Assembly (NCBI GenBank): GCA_030390025.1
Contig: CM059432.1
Coordinates: forward strand, 112,470,001-112,534,000
Direction of reading: 5' to 3'
Origin: Squalus acanthias
Taxonomy: Eukaryota
Length of the DNA: 64,000 nucleotides
Part shown: piece by piece, positions 63,732 through 64,000 of the stretch
Layout: every line of letters starts with the position of its first letter
Numbering within the stretch: the first letter of the stretch is position 1
Notes under the pieces: generated by a model
Seen by the model: only the letters and a program-made list of their open reading frames with translations
The model's database searches: none
Told to the model about the DNA's origin: nothing
Position numbers and translations under genes: made by a program

Positions 63732-64000
63732 GGCAACACGGTGGCATAGTGGTTAGCACTGTTGCCTCACAGCGCCAGGGACTCGGGTTCGAATCTGGCC
63801 GAGGGTGACTGTCTGTGTGGAGTTTGCACATTCTCCCCGTGTCTGCGTGGGTTTCCTCCGGGTGCTCCGGTTTCCTCCCACAGTCCAAAGATGTGCGGGT
63901 TAGGTTGATTTGGCTTTGATAAATTGACCCTTAGTGTTAGGGGGGATTAAATACGTGGGGTTACGGGGATAGGGTGGGATATGTGTCGGTGCAGGCTCGA
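63732..64000 (+). mobile_element. V-SINE (HE1-like), tRNA-derived
   Basis: A box GGTGGCATAGTGG, B box GGGTTCGAATC, V domain TGTGTGGAGTTTGCACATTCTCCCCGTGTCTGCGTGGGTTTCCTCCGGGTGCTCCGGTTTCCTCCCACAGTCCAAAG. Confidence 0.9.

Noticed and set aside
63732..63810. tRNA gene
   Set aside because: The A/B boxes continue into a V-SINE body.

Overview
Vertebrate, most likely cartilaginous-fish (shark-like), intronic DNA; the taxon is inferred from the repeat families. The only host coding sequence recognised is one 90-nt + strand exon (46420-46509) matching exon 3 of ZFPM2/FOG2, so the window probably lies in ZFPM2 introns 2 and 3. The rest is mostly nested transposable elements. Retroelements: many CR1 copies, L2 fragments, a second CR1-superclade LINE family, a Jockey/I-like remnant, a Penelope-like element, and V-type and Deu-type SINEs. 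DNA elements: a near-complete Tigger/pogo transposon (DD32D), a Tigger-type MITE, two Harbinger elements (a spliced Myb/SANT gene and a transposase pseudogene), and many Harbinger-type MITEs with 3-bp TSDs. There are also a ~4-kb G-rich minisatellite and a ~0.55-kb minisatellite. Most notable: a perfect 78-bp-arm palindromic insertion carrying a hammerhead ribozyme core, MITEs carrying promoter-like motifs and splice sites, and minisatellites that appear to have arisen inside MITEs. I did not find a clearly new protein-coding system. Family assignments come from motif recognition and recall, not database searches.
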